DNA from: Vicugna vicugna
Lineage: Eukaryota
DNA length: 64,000 nucleotides
Reading direction: 5' to 3'
Assembly: GCA_013265495.1 (NCBI GenBank)
Contig: MU057651.1
Span: 2,582,948-2,646,947, forward strand
Made by a program: the position numbers and the translations under genes. The number at the start of each line of letters is the position of its first letter. The first letter of the stretch is position 1. The notes under the pieces are model-generated. The model worked only from the letters and a program-made list of their open reading frames with translations. It was not told where the DNA came from and made no database searches. This document shows, one piece after another, positions 24,454 to 37,203 of this stretch.

Positions 24454-26938
24454 AAGACTGCATGTATTTAATGATGATGATAAACACTACCACCAGTTTT
24501 CTAAGCTCCTACAAAGTGCCAGCTTTTATGCCAGGCGCATCTTCCAACCAAAGCAGCCAAGGAGGCATCTTTAAGACTTCAGATAAAGACACGGAGGCGC
24601 AGGGTCACTCAGCCGCCAAGACCATGACAGAGCGTCAAATACAGCTCCCAGGTGAACACACTGCTTCCCTGGTACGTTGTCATTTTAATTTTCTTCCTTT
24701 TTTTTCTTGCTAAGCTTCGAGTTTTAGTTTAACTCTTTAGTTCTCCGTCACTAACCTTGAGTTTCTCCAGGCTGGATGGACTGCATGCTCTTTGGTCCTT
24801 GCGTCCCTACCTAATTTCCCACCTGGCACGCAGCCCGTGTCAGGAAATGAGCAGTGAATGCGTGGGCAATGGAGTCACCAGCCTCCATCAATCAAGCCGT
24901 AGAATTTTCCAGAAGGTCAGACTGCCAGGCAGGGTTCCCAAACTCTTCTGAGTCCCCAGCCCTTTAGCTCCTGGGGGAAAAGGCCCAGTGGGGAGGTCAC
25001 ACACAGGCCACCAGGTGAGTAAGTGCCGGGCAGGGGTGGGGGGCTGGGGGACGAGGCCCGGGGACCTCTTTGCAGGAAGCATCACCCAGCCGGCGGGACC
25101 TGCGCCCACGGGAGCCTGCCTGACCACGTCGGGTCTACCTGGCGGTCCCCGAGGTCGCAGGAGTGACAGAAGGCTCCGATTCTGTCCATTTTCAGGACAC
25201 AGAGCCAAGAGCACGCGCCCTGATGGGAAACCTCCCTCCCTCGGTGCACACGCACTTCCCCGCACGGCCGCACCGCCCCGGAGAGAGGACCATCTTCCCA
25301 CCCATCGCTGCCTCCTCCTTCCCTCCGGCTCCGCGCCCGCGCAATGAAACGCCTGCGTCCTGCTAGGTGACAGTTGCTTCGCGCCATGTGGGGTCAACCT
25401 CTCTCCACACCAGTGCCTTTAATCACCAGCTCTGCCAGCAGAGACCGCGCAGGGACACGAGGAGCTGTGATGGTGGGATGTTGGGCGCTGCACCCAGAAA
25501 GTTCCAGAGTGCAGCTGGGCAGAAGGGCATCCTGTATTCGCTGCCCCCGGCTCCAAGGTCACCCTCGGCGAAGCCTCGATCAGGATTTCACAGCACAAGG
25601 ACCCCCTGACTGCTCTGCCCAACGCCCCATGCGCTGGTCAAACACAGAAGTCCAGAAAGGGGGGCGGCAAGGCAGGGGGCAGCCCTGGAACTTTCCCACG
25701 TGGCATCTTCCGTAATCCCTGCGTCCACACCCATGAGCCAAGAGCCATCAGGCTCACCTCCCAGCTTAGGCAGCCAAGGCTCAGAGAGGTTAACAGCCAC
25801 AGCCAACGCCACACAGCTGTTAGTGGGGTCTCGATCCTCACCCTGGTTTGGCTAAAAAACCCAGCAGCCTTTTGGTTTCCCCCAAAGATTAAAAACCAAA
25901 ACAAGATTCCCTGGTCTCAAGGAAACGAGAAATGAAATGGGAAGCCAGGCGCACATGTGGCATAATATAGTAAGACAAGGCAAAGTGTGGGGAGTTTGGG
26001 GGAGACGTCAGAAGTCACAGGAGAAGACCCTCGAGGAAGCAGCCGATTTAAAGGGCGGGGGACAGAGAGGCGGGGATCCAGGAAGGCGGCCGCGGCGGCC
26101 GGGTCAGGACCGAAGGAAGCAGGAGGTTGTAAAGCTGGAGAGGAGTGATCGGAGTTACCAGCTGCCCCCGACTGAGGCAGGGGAGGACAGAATTGGACAG
26201 CAGGTCCCATGAGAGCAGTCTATGCAGCTGGTGCCCAGGGGACACGTGCAGAGGGAGCTGTCACCACCCGGGTCCCTGAATCCTGCAGCATCTCCTCTGT
26301 GCCCTGACCCCCCAGGAGAAGGTCAGGACTGTCATTAAAGTCTCTCTTGGTCAGAATTAAGCCCAGAGTCGAGCAGGTGTCTGTTACAAGTCCTTGGCGC
26401 CTCCTAAGGGAGGAGCGGAGGGCGCTCGGGGCCACCTGGGAGGTCCTGGCTCCCACACCGGCACCGAGGTATCTAATTCCACTGAGACACCCGCTCCTCC
26501 GAGGGTCCCTGAAAGGATGCGCTAGACACGTGACGACAGGGTCTGCCCACAGGCCGGGGGCTGAGGTCTCCGGGAAGCTTCTTGGCGGTGGGGCTAATTC
26601 ACTGACGACCAGAGGGTGACTTTTCCTTACTGAAAATCTCCAGCTCAAGACCTTCCTCGGGGGGTCGAGTTTAAAATTACATAAGGAAACTAACTCGCTC
26701 CGAAAATTATTTAGCCGGCATGGCTGGTTAACTGTGGTTAAAAAAAAAAAAATTAGTTTAGGTATAGTATAATGGAAAAAATATATTAGATTTCAGGAGA
26801 TAGGAGAGTCTTGTTCTAAAAGCAGCTGAAAGGTGTTCATGCATCACAGATTTTAATAATGAAGGAATCGTATCTAAGTTGTGCCCGGCTGCTTCTAAAA
26901 GGGATTTATACTTTTTGTGGTGAAGAAGTCCGTATTTT

Positions 26939-27135
26939 GGGGGTGGAGGATGTAGCTCAGTGGTGCTCGGTGTGCACGAGGACCTGGGTTCAATCCCCAG
27001 TCCCTCCATGAAAGAAAGAAGAGAAAGAGAGAAAGAGGAACAAAGGAAGAAAAGGGGAGGGAGTGAAGGAAAGAAAAAGGGAGGGAGTGAAGGAAAGAAG
27101 GAAGGAAGGGAGGGAGGGAGGAAGGGAGGGAGGAA
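26939..27135 (+). mobile_element. Vic-1-type SINE whose tail is a GA-rich polypurine tract
   Basis: tgtagctcagtggt...gaggacctgggttcaatccccagtccctcca, then about 125 nt of almost pure A/G. Confidence 0.8.
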
Positions 27136-27499
27136 TCTCATGAGAAAGGGGAAAAACACGGCACACAAAGTCACACTGACAAGCCAGCTCACGCACGTAG
27201 GTGCGTGCAGGCGTTTTCCCTAAATTATCCAAAAATGTGAAGCTGGACAGACTTGGCTTTGACCCCCTGACCCCCATCTCACCACTGCGTGACCTCCCTC
27301 TGATTCCTGAGCAAGTACTGAACCTCCGCCTCGGTCCCCCTTTCTGCAGCGTTGGTGACTGAATGAATGAAAGCACGACATACGGGAGGCTGTTTAGAAC
27401 GGGGACTCCAAGTTACCACCACCGCCATCACGACTATTAATTTTCACGTAATTGTGTGAGCTGAGTGTCCAGAAAGGAATAAACCAAACTGCAAAGGGG

Positions 27500-27778
27500 A
27501 CAGACAAAGAAAAAGACTCACAGATCTAGGAAACCAGCTACGGTTACCAGGGGAAAAGGGGTGGGAAGAGATAAATTGGGAGTTTGAGATTTGCAAATAT
27601 TAATTACTATATATAAAACAGATTTCTTCTGTACAGCACAGGGAACTACATTCACTATTTCGTAGTGACCTATAATGAAAAAGAGTACGAAAAGAAATAC
27701 ATGTACGTACATGCATGACTGGGACACTGTGCTGTGCACCGAAAAGTGACACATTGTAACTGACTCTACTTCAATTAA
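27500..27778 (+). mobile_element. 5'-truncated younger L1 3' end
   Basis: gactcacaga...gataaattgggagtttgagatttgca...tgtacagcacagggaacta...tacttcaatt. Imperfect flanking repeat aa(a/c)ctgcaaag(g/t)gg. Confidence 0.85.
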
Positions 27779-28299
27779 AACCTGCAAAGTGGTTACGGAC
27801 TTGCCCACAGGGCAAGATGGCACAGGACGCAGAACAGACAGCCCCGAACCTGGGCGCCCCAACCCCTGATGGCGTTCAGAAAGGGTCCCTGAAGGGGAGG
27901 GACCAGAGCAAGCTTATCTTCTGGGATCGATTTTACGGCCTCTAGTAAATGACGTTTTTTTCTACTTCGCGGGCTTTTCTGTTTGCAAGCAGATGGTCCT
28001 CAGAGGCCAGGGCTGGAAGGAACCCCTTGGCTCAAGAAGTCTCCATCTGAGCTAGTGGACGGACCACGTGTCCGGGATTCACAACTCCAGGGACCACGGG
28101 CGGTAACACTTTGAAGGCATCTCAGGAGGCCTCCTCCCCTGCGGTCCCCACGCAGGCGCCGTGACCTTCCCGCCTGGGTTTTAAGCCTCTCAGCTCCAGG
28201 GGCATCTCTGCTCAATGATGCTCAGGGGGGAGGCAGGGCTGGACAGCCCAGCCTCAGGGGTGAGCACGGAAAACAATCAGACACGACTGCTTTAAAACG

Positions 28300-28925
28300 A
28301 GAGGACGCCCGGCTTGCAAAACCCCCAATTCACTGAAGCCTCGCATCGGAAACATCTCATCAAGAAAGAGCCAAATACAGAATCCTCACATGGCGAAGCA
28401 ATTCCACTCCCGAGTATCGACCCAAAGGGACTGGAATTGGGGACTCCCACAGATCTCTGCGGCCCCTCGTCCCCTGCAGCGCGAGTCCCAAGGTCCAAAG
28501 GGTGGACGCGACCCGAGGGTGTGCTGACGGATGGGGTGATACCCAGATGTAGTCTCTGCAGCAAAAGCATCACTCAGCTATGAAAGGAGTGAGATTCCGA
28601 CACACGCCACGACGAAGACGAACCTTGAAAACGTGATGCTACGTGAAACAAGCCGGAGGCGAAAGGACAAGTGTTGTGTGAGTCCGCTTGCCTGAGGTGC
28701 CCTGAAAATGCAAGCTCCCAGAGACACAGAGAAGAAGAGAGGTTACCAGGAGCCGGGGGGCCATTATTGCTGAACAGGTGCAGAGTTTCCCTTCAGGATG
28801 ATGCAATTTTTTTTTTTTAAATAGACAGTGGTGAGAATTGCACAACACGGTGGATGCAGTGAACGCCACTGAAACGTACACTCAAAACCGGGTGGGATGG
28901 TAAGTTTCACGTTACGTCTATTTAA
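28300..28925 (+). mobile_element. L1MB-like 3' region
   Basis: gcaattccactcccgagtatcgacccaaaggga...aaccttgaaaac...gaattgcacaacacggtggatgcagtgaacgccactgaa. Confidence 0.75.
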
Positions 28926-29599
28926 AATTATATATTAAAAAATATGTATTTTTAAATGCCATCAAGCGTAATTCCACCTTGTTACAAAACCGCCCACTTT
29001 CCAAGAAAACGCACCCCTCCCGCAGCGGGCTGCTAAGAAATGCGGGAGGCATTTTTCGGCCACCGTCACACAGAAATAAGCGGCTTACGTCTGGAATGAG
29101 CTCATGAAAACAAGAGCGTTAAATCCTCTTTGCCCGGGAGAAGGAACAGGTCGAGGAAGGTCGCAGCAAAGCTTTTATTCCGAGCATCAGGGCCCTTGCG
29201 AGGAAGCAGCCGATTCCAGATCAAAGACATTCACAGGTCTGGATTCGGAGCCCCTGAAGGTCTGTCACCGAGCAGGACCCTGTTGTCACTGTTGACATAT
29301 GGTATTTGCAAGTGCTTAACTGAGTAATCGTTTAAAGGGTTTTTTGCACGCTTTTGCTGACCAGGATTGGGCTGGAGAGCAGGGGGAGAACGCGGGGGAT
29401 CAGCCCATCTCCCTGGTTTTGCTCCCGACACCCCAGAGAAGCAGCTGGGGAGTTCTGTGAATCTCCTTCATAGCTCACCCCAGACGCGCACGTCTGCAGT
29501 AAGTTTCAGCCCCTTGGGGTTTCTTTGTATCCTGTTGTCCCCACCTGTGCAGACCCTGCCTCAGCCCGTCTAAAAGGGCTGAAGCATGTACCGGCCTGA

Positions 29600-29998
29600 C
29601 TTTCAATGGCACACGTTTTTCTCTAGCGCACTTGTCCCCAGACCCCCTTCCTAAGCACCTGTGTTTCAGACACAAGAACATTAGAAGGGTCCCAAAGCCG
29701 GAGGCCAACATCGTACCTGGCGGAAGCAAGGGGACCATTGCATCTGCAAAATTAAGAACAATCTTGCAATAATTTGTTACCCTGCATGTGATCTCTACGG
29801 AAACCAGCTCCGCCCCTTGAACTCTCACTGCAAAACCCCCACCTTCTCTTCCCGGCAGGCTCACAGTCTAGGAGGCATCGGCCCACTGTGACCTCCTTTG
29901 CCTGCAAAGAAATACAGCTGCCTTTTCTGCTTCATCCAAAACCCTGCCCTCAAGTCTCAGTTTGGTAAGTGGGGTGCAGAGGCTGAGTTTCGGCAACA
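29600..29998 (+). mobile_element. ERV1-like LTR (3' part; 5' boundary uncertain)
   Basis: LTR-like ending ...ccaaaaccctgccctc...gtgcagaggctgagtttcggcaaca with terminal CA. Confidence 0.55.
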
Positions 29999-30949
29999 GG
30001 TGAAGGAAAGAGGAAAGAACTTGGGTCTTTGTCAGATGCTGTGTTCCGAGGAGGCTGCGTGTGGAGCCTCCAGGGCGGGGATGGGAAGGACGGGCAGGGT
30101 GAGCCGTGCACACCCCAGCCCCGGAGAGGGCAAGCACCCCTACCCAGGAGGGCACAGGCCTTTGTGCGGCACTGCCGGACACAGACACAGGGGCCGTGAG
30201 GACACCAAAGGGGAGCTGACCTCCTTGAAAGAGACCCGTCCTTTCTGGCCCACGTCCCAGATCCCCGGTCTCCAGCTCAGGTGGCCTCCCGGTTTTTCAT
30301 GGGAAGCGAGTGTCCGGCATCAGACGCAAACCTGCGTGCCAACTGCCTGATGCTTTTTGCCCACTTTTCTCTTGATTGTTTCTCTTACCCAGAGAATTTT
30401 GAAAAAATAAACTAATACTTCACATGTTACGTGCCCTGCAAACATCTTCCCCAGGCTGAGGTGCACCTTTGAGCACTTTGTATGCTGTTACGTTTGCATG
30501 GCAATTTTTACATAAGGCGCTCAAACATCGTTCTTCCTTGAGGGTTGGGCAAAGTCTTATTTAGGAAATCCTTTCTCAGCCTGAAGGTACAGAGATTCTC
30601 ACTATTCATTAATTCTTATTAGCAGAAAAATTTTTTAAAAAAAATGTTATGTTTCACGTTTAGCGAGTAACTGACCTGCAACTGATGAGGGTGGGCCGTA
30701 GGCAGTGGGGCTGCAGTCACGGGCCCTCTGCCCTCGGTGCTCAGCCAGGACGTCTCTGCAAACGTGAGCGTCTCCTTATTCGATGTCTATTTGTCTGTCC
30801 TTGAACCAGTACCACGCTTCCCCAGCTGTGATGCCTCGCCAGAAGCCCTGCTGTCCGACAGTGCGATTCACCCCCACCCTCTCCGTGCCCCTCATTCATC
30901 TCCCAGTTTGTCTTGGCTGTTGGTGAGGCTTGCTCATCCTTGGAAGACT

Positions 30950-31140
30950 TAACAGCCAAATTTTCAACCCATTTGAGCAAATACCAAGAAGTGTGACTGT
31001 CTCACATAGTAAGAGGACGTTTCGTTTGTTTTAAGAACCTATCAAACCGTCTCCCGAAGCGGCTGCACCGTTTTGCATTTCCCACCAGCAGCCAGCGAGA
31101 GTTCCTGCTGCTCCGTGCGCCCTCCAGCATTTAGTGGTGC
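30950..31140 (-). mobile_element. L1 fragment
   Basis: gcaaataccaagaagtg...ggctgcaccgttttgcatttcccaccagca...gagagttcc is the reverse complement of the L1 ORF2 3' region. Confidence 0.6.
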
Positions 31141-32419
31141 AAATCTGCCTCTATATTTTTGCAATACAGTAATGATCCATTTCCCTCACATCTTTACATT
31201 CACTGGCATGACGCTGTTTGTGCTTTTTGCATTTTATTTTTTTAATTCTCCGAACACGGACTTGACGTGGTTCTCCCGCACATCTTCCCTCCCCCCGGGA
31301 GTCTGTGATTTGGGTAGATTCTAGAAGACACCCGGCTTTTGATTCTGTTCCCGTTTATCGATATGTCATCATTTCAGTAATTTCTGATCTTAACTTTTGT
31401 AATGACTTCCTTCCACATTCCTTACTCAATTTTCATCCTTCCCATCTGAATGCTTCCTCCTTTGAAAGATTAGAAATTGAGGCTTGAAAACCATTTCAGC
31501 AGCTTTACATAACTTCCCAGGTGTAGTTCGCGCCTTTTTCAATCCGTCCCAAACAACCAATACTCCCCAGTGATTTAACCAGGAGTGAGTAAGGTTACTC
31601 ATGTGATTACACGTTTCGCTTTGAGTTTGCCGTTGACCTCTGACTTTATGACACTGGGTCAAAGACCACGGCATGTATGCCATAGATTACTTAAAATTTA
31701 GCTCAACTTTCCATACATGGTCACCTTTAAAAAAACTTACATAGATTCCAGAGAAGAATCAAGAGTCTCTCTGCTGGGTGCAGGATTCTGTGTTTCTACT
31801 AATTTGAACCTGTTAAAACTATTTCGAATGTCCTTGCAATCACTCCTGGTATATCATACTTTCTCTGACATCCTTATTTTTTTTTCTTTGTTTATTGTCT
31901 CCTTGCTTTTGAGGTGGACGTGGGCTGTTTTTATGAAACACAGATTCCTTTGCATTTTGTTTCGGCTAGGTTGGAGCCGTCAATTACACACACAGTCTTT
32001 TAGCAATTACAGTCAATTTCTTAGTTGCACCTAATATTTCGAAACGCATATATTTAGATATTTAAAATACGTAACTAAGTACGCTTTTTCCTAATGTAGT
32101 TCACGTTAGTTTACACTCCTCTCATTCTAAGGTCTTATTATGATTTAATGACACATTTAATGCACATTCTCAATGTCTCATTATCCAAAGTCTGGGTTTT
32201 AACCTTGTTGTAACAATACTGTGTTGTAACACAGTATCCTTTCTCCGCCCGTTAACGCGTCTCAGTCCTCGTGCCTCCCCCGCCACTCCCGTGTCTTCTT
32301 CTGGAAATGCAGTGTCTAGTAATTCTCTTAGTGAGAACTGCCAGTAACGAACTGTCTGTCTCCATCTGAAAGCTTTATTTTGCTTTCATGAGATGCTGGT
32401 GAAAATTTTTATTCATTGT

Positions 32420-32584
32420 ATTTGTTTTTCATTGCTTTTTTTAATTGCCATTCTTTTTCTTAATGGTTTTTTATTGGGGGGAGGCATTTGGTTTATTTAT
32501 TGTTTTAATGGCGGTACTGGGGCTTGAACCCAGGACCTCGTGCATGCTAAGCACGCACTGTACCCCTGAGCTACACCCTCCCCC
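32420..32584 (-). mobile_element. Vic-1-type SINE
   Basis: Minus strand ggggagggtgtagctcaggggtacagtgcgtgcttagcatgcacgaggtcctgggttcaagcccca plus A-rich tail. Confidence 0.88.
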
Positions 32585-33373
32585 TAGGGTTTATTCTGGG
32601 CTCGGCTGTCTCTTTCGGAACCGCGCCCCAACTCCATAGGAGATAAGTTTTAAAATTAAAAGCTTGCTTTCTTTCTTTTTCTTTCCTTTCTTCCTTCATC
32701 CCTCCCACCCTTCCTTTCTTAAAGCTCTTACAGTGTAACTTTTTTCTAACTTTCTGGTTGATTTTTGTATGAACATTAATCCCCAGACTTCAATGCTTTC
32801 AGTTAGAATGACACCACTGTTTAAGCTGTGAAATATAATAAATTAAAACGTCCGAAGTTTCAAAGCCAAGATGATGAAACTGGTACCCCTCGTGTGAAGG
32901 CGTTCTAAAAGATGACCCCAATATTACGCTCGAACCAGAAATCCTGGCTGCTTTTACAAATCCTCTAATGCTTGAGGAAACAGCCCTTCGACTTCATGGT
33001 CTGAGCCCAGACTTTATTTTTTCACATCCTTTCATCCTTTTTCTCCTGAGGCAATTAAGAAAATCTGATTATGCTAATTCCCACGGGCTCTCCACCCTGC
33101 AATTTCTGATACGTAAACTCTCCAATAATCCCAACCACCAGCCATGCATTAATCCTCTCGTAGGAGACCAGCTGTCTTCGGGGGCCCCCATCCTCCAGCA
33201 GAGAAAGCTCGTGTTTGTCACGTGAGTCACCTTCCCTTGTCCCCACATCCCGCACTCCCTTCCCTCCCATGCTGACCCCTCTGAAGTTCACCAGGAGGAG
33301 CAGGAGCCATCGCGGGAAGGTCAACACGCTTAAGTGCAAATATGAACACGCCCGGACCAAAAGGCTGCCACGA

Positions 33374-33516
33374 GGGGAGGGCACAGCTCAAGCGGTAGGG
33401 TGCGTGAGGTCCTGGGTTCCATCCCCAGCACCTCCTCTAAAAATAAATAAATAGGCCTAGTTACTTCCCTCCCCCACCAAAAAAATTAAATTAAATTAAA
33501 TAAGTAAAAATTTAAT
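33374..33516 (+). mobile_element. Vic-1-type SINE with internal deletion
   Basis: ggggagggcacagctcaagcggtag...gaggtcctgggttccatccccagcacctcc, then AAAT repeats, C-run and A tail. Confidence 0.82.
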
Positions 33517-33741
33517 AAGAGGCTCCCAGCGTGGAGGAGGTCTCAAGACGCCCTCAAGTTGACTCCTGGGTAATTCACACGAATCCCGTTTGAAGCTTTG
33601 CTTACAGAAGCTGGGTCACGGACAGAAAACACATGAAGATGTCATAACCAAGTGTTTCTCTTTCATCCCATCTGTAAAGGGGAAAAGAGGCGCCGAGGTC
33701 AGAATCTTCTTTCCTTTGTGCCCTCGTGACTCCGTCCTTAC

Positions 33742-33832
33742 CTTGGTGGTTGGCGAGCCGCTCGGACTGCGCCGGGAAGGCCGGTCCTGCCAGACTCTGC
33801 GGCCGGTGAGGCGATGTCTGCTCCACCTGGTC
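33742..33832 (-). CDS. GRB10: GRB10 coding exon 2 (DQVEQTSPHRPQSLAGPAFPAQSERLANHQ + 1 nt)
   Basis: Similar to human [29 protein letters not shown]. Acceptor cctgcccttttccag|GAC, donor AAG|GTAAGG. 91 nt, phase 0 to phase 1, compatible with both neighbours. Confidence 0.95.
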
Positions 33833-34017
33833 CTGGAAAAGGGCAGGAGCAGACGGGCTCTGTTCAGAAGCAGCAGTTCACACCTGTCCCAGCCACCAGC
33901 CCCCGGCCTCCTTTCTTCCCCGATGTCCTAACTTCTTCTCGTTTATTTAACTTTTCAGTTTCAGATGATAGTTGTTTAAAATATGCTATAAAAGGGAAGC
34001 TAATCTTGAAAAGGTAT

Positions 34018-34314
34018 AACCTTTGTTGTTTATCTGTTTTATATACATATGTTAGTTAGTATCTGCAAATCCCGAACTCCCAATTTATCCCTTCTCACTC
34101 TCTATCTCCCCTGGTACCTGTAATTTTGTTTTCTACATCTATGTTTACTGTACAGCACAGGGAACTATATTCAATACCTCGTGACAGCCTATAATCAAAA
34201 AGAATATGAAAAGAAAAAAAAATATATATATATGTATAACTGAATCACAATGCTGTATACCAGAAACTAACACAACACTGTAAATCAATTACACTTCAAT
34301 AAAAAAAGAAAAAA
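34018..34314 (+). mobile_element. 5'-inverted (twin-primed) L1 3' end
   Basis: 34018-34146 is the reverse complement of the segment that directly precedes 34147-34314 in the uninverted copy at about 45835-46110. A tail at about 34300-34314. Confidence 0.85.
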
Positions 34315-35439
34315 CAGGGACCTTGAAGAAAAGTTACTCCTGTTTTGTTTTTGGTTTTTTTTTTTTAGCTTAAGTTGCTTCCCCTGAATGGCAATTCAAA
34401 ATGAGTTATCGTCAAGTGCAGGATTTAAGCAATGAGTACAAGTAATGAGCCTTTGCGGGAGCACCTGCCTTTTCTGTGACGATGACTGGGAATCACGCCC
34501 GAGGCGGTCTGCTATCTGGTAGGAAACACCTAGAGAATATTTCATAATCGGGTCCCCCCACAAAGCGTCAGGTGCTTAGTGATATTTTTTTAGACCTCAG
34601 GGTGAGGACAAAAATTTGAGGCAGAAGTTAAAACAGTAATATTGCAGCCAAGCGCACAACTCCAGAAAACCACCTTCGTGGGTTTATAGTTGAGCCCGTG
34701 AAAGATGTATTAAAATGTGGGAGAAGACGGACATGACAAGCCGACAGCTAACATCGCACTCAACGGTGAAAAGCTGAAAGAAAGCCTTTCCTCTTAGATC
34801 AGGAACAAGACAAGGGTGCCCTCTCTCGCTTTTGTTCAACACAGTATTGGAAGCACTAGCCAGAGCAATTAGGCAAGAAAAAGAAATAAAAGGCATCCAC
34901 ACTGGAAAGCAAAATGTAAAACTGTCTGCAGATGATGTGGAATTATATACAGAAAACCCTGCAGACACCATCAAAAAACTGTCAGAACTAAACAATGAAT
35001 TCAGTAAGTTGCAGGGACAAAATCAGTGGTATTTCCATACACTAAAAATGAACTATCAGAAAGAGAAATAAAGAACATAATCTCATTTACAATTGCATCA
35101 AAAAGAATAAAATACTGAGGGATAAATGTAACCAAGGAGATGGAAGGCCAGTGTACCAAGAACAATAAGACATCACTGAAAGAAATGGAAGATGCAAATA
35201 AACGGAAGATATCTCATGCTCATGGATTAGAAGAATCAATATTGTTAGAGTGTCCGTATTACCCAAAGCAATCTACAGGCTCAACGCAATCCCTATCAAA
35301 GTTCCCATGCCATTTTTCAAAAGAATTGAGCAAATAATCCTAAAATTTGTGCATGGAACCATGAAAAGCCTGAAGAGCCAAAGCAACCTTGAGAAGGAAG
35401 AACCAAGCTAGAGGCATCACATTTCCTGGTTTCCAACCG

Positions 35440-35769
35440 CAGTGGCTTCCATATCTGTGGGTTCCACGTCCAATCATTCAACAACTCTGGATCGAAAATA
35501 TTTGAATAAAAAAAAATTCCAAAAAGCAAAGGAACTGCCACACACCACCAGGGTAGCACATTTCTGCTGTATTTCCAACTGCTTGGATACTGTTTATATT
35601 ATAGTACGTATTGCAAGTAATCTAGAGATGATTCAAAGTATATGGAAGGATGCATGTAGATTATATGCAAATGCTCCACTGCTTTACATAAGGGACTTGA
35701 GCATGTGCAGATTTTGGTATCTAATGGGGGTTCTGAACCTGTTTCTCCCTGGATGCCGACGGATAACGG
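35440..35769. mobile_element. MER2/Tigger3-like non-autonomous Tc1/mariner DNA transposon inside the L1
   Basis: Characteristic aagtaatctagagatgatt...tatatgcaaat...aagggacttgagcat...gattttggtatc. Degenerate terminal inverted repeats, TA on the right side, and L1 sequence resumes across it. Confidence 0.85.
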
Positions 35770-35806
35770 TATATTACAAAGCCACAGAAATTAAAATAGC
35801 GTGGTA

Positions 35807-35954
35807 TTCTGGGTCGGGGTTTCGTACGTAGCAGAGCAGCTCCCTCGCTGCGATCTATTGAAAGTCAGCCCTTGACACAAGGGTTTGTAAAAAAAACAAA
35901 AGAAACAAATATTAATTTTAAAACAAAAATGAAAAAAAATACAAAAGAAAAAAG
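35807..35954 (+). pseudogene. Retroposed 3' end of 28S rRNA (about 80 nt, 35807-35888) with A-rich tail; SINE28-like
   Basis: ttctgggtcggggtttcgtacgtagcagagcagctccctcgctgcgatctattgaaagtcagcccttgacacaagggtttgt is recognisable as the mammalian 28S 3' terminus. A-rich tail 35889-35954. Perfect TSD aaaatagcgtggtatt at 35793-35808 and 35955-35970. Confidence 0.95.
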
Positions 35955-37203
35955 AAAATAGCGTGGTATTGGTATAAAAACAGACACACAGATTACTGGA
36001 GCAAAACAAAGAAACCCATACGCATTTGGTCAATTATTTACAACAAAGGAGCCAAGAATATGTGATGGGGAAGACGGTCTCTTCGATAAATGATATTGGG
36101 GGAAACCAGACAGCTACATGCAAAGGAAGGAAACTCAACCACCTCTTACATCACATGCAAAAAAATGAACTCAACATGGATTAAGGACTTGAACATAAGA
36201 CCTGAAATCATAAAACTCCTCGAGGAAGCCACAGATGGTACGCTTCTCAACACAGGTCTCGGGGATGCTTTTTGGAATCTGAAGTCGAAAGCAAAAATCA
36301 ACAAGTTGGAATACGTTATCCTAAAAAGCTCTGCACAGCAAAGGAAACTGTCAACAAAGTGAAAAGGTACTTACTGAATGGAATAAAATAAAATACCTGA
36401 AAATCGTGTATCTGATAAGGGGCCAATACCCGAACTTATATATAAAGAACTTACTGCAACTCAAAAAAAAAAAAAATCCTGTAAAAACTGAGCAGGCACA
36501 CTGAATAGACATTTTTCCTAAGAAAACATACAGATGGCCACCAGGTACACGGAAGGATATTCAACATCACTAACAAGCAGAGAAATAAATGCAAATCAGG
36601 ACAATGAGGTGTCACCTCACACCTATGAGGATGACCTGTCATAAGGACAGGAAGTGAACAAGGGTTGGCGAGGCCGTGGAGAATGGAAGCCGTTGTGCAC
36701 CGTGCGTTGGTGGGAATGCAAGCTGGCGCTGCCACTGTTGGAAACAGGATGGAGGTGCCTCAGAAAGTTAAAAACAAGAGTTACCCTATGACCCAGCAAT
36801 CCCACTCCTGGGCATCTCAAAAAAATGAGAATACTAATTTGAAATGATCCACCCACCCCCATGTTCATTGCAGTATTATTCACAAAAGCCAGGATATGGG
36901 AGCAACCTATGGGGTCCCTCTGCCACCAGTCCTGCAAAGTCCTCAAACATCAGAGACCCTGATAAATTTTGCAAGCCCAGGACTCCACAGTTCGCCTGCT
37001 GCAAGGGCTGCAAAATGCGCCCCCGGCCCCAAATGGAAATACACCCACTGCAAATGACCTAGATCCACTTTGTGCCCCCAATATGACAGTCTACTAGTTT
37101 ATTCTATTCAAGGACGCAGAGAACAAGAGGTAAGCATCAAACTGACCCCAAAAGCAAACCACAAACCAGGCTTCCGCTGGGTCCAGGAACCTCCCCCTGA
37201 GCG

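Larger units (their letters stand above)
34733..36908 (+). mobile_element. Degenerate LINE-1 fragment, ORF2 RT domain through C-terminal region, interrupted by two insertions
   Basis: Translation [21 protein letters not shown]...SADD resembles L1 RT (FADD motif); later KDLNIRPEIIKLLEE. Many frameshifts and stops. Confidence 0.93.

Noticed and set aside
35807..35888. Functional rRNA gene or contamination
   Set aside because: Only about 80 nt, with tail and TSD integrated in collinear L1 sequence.
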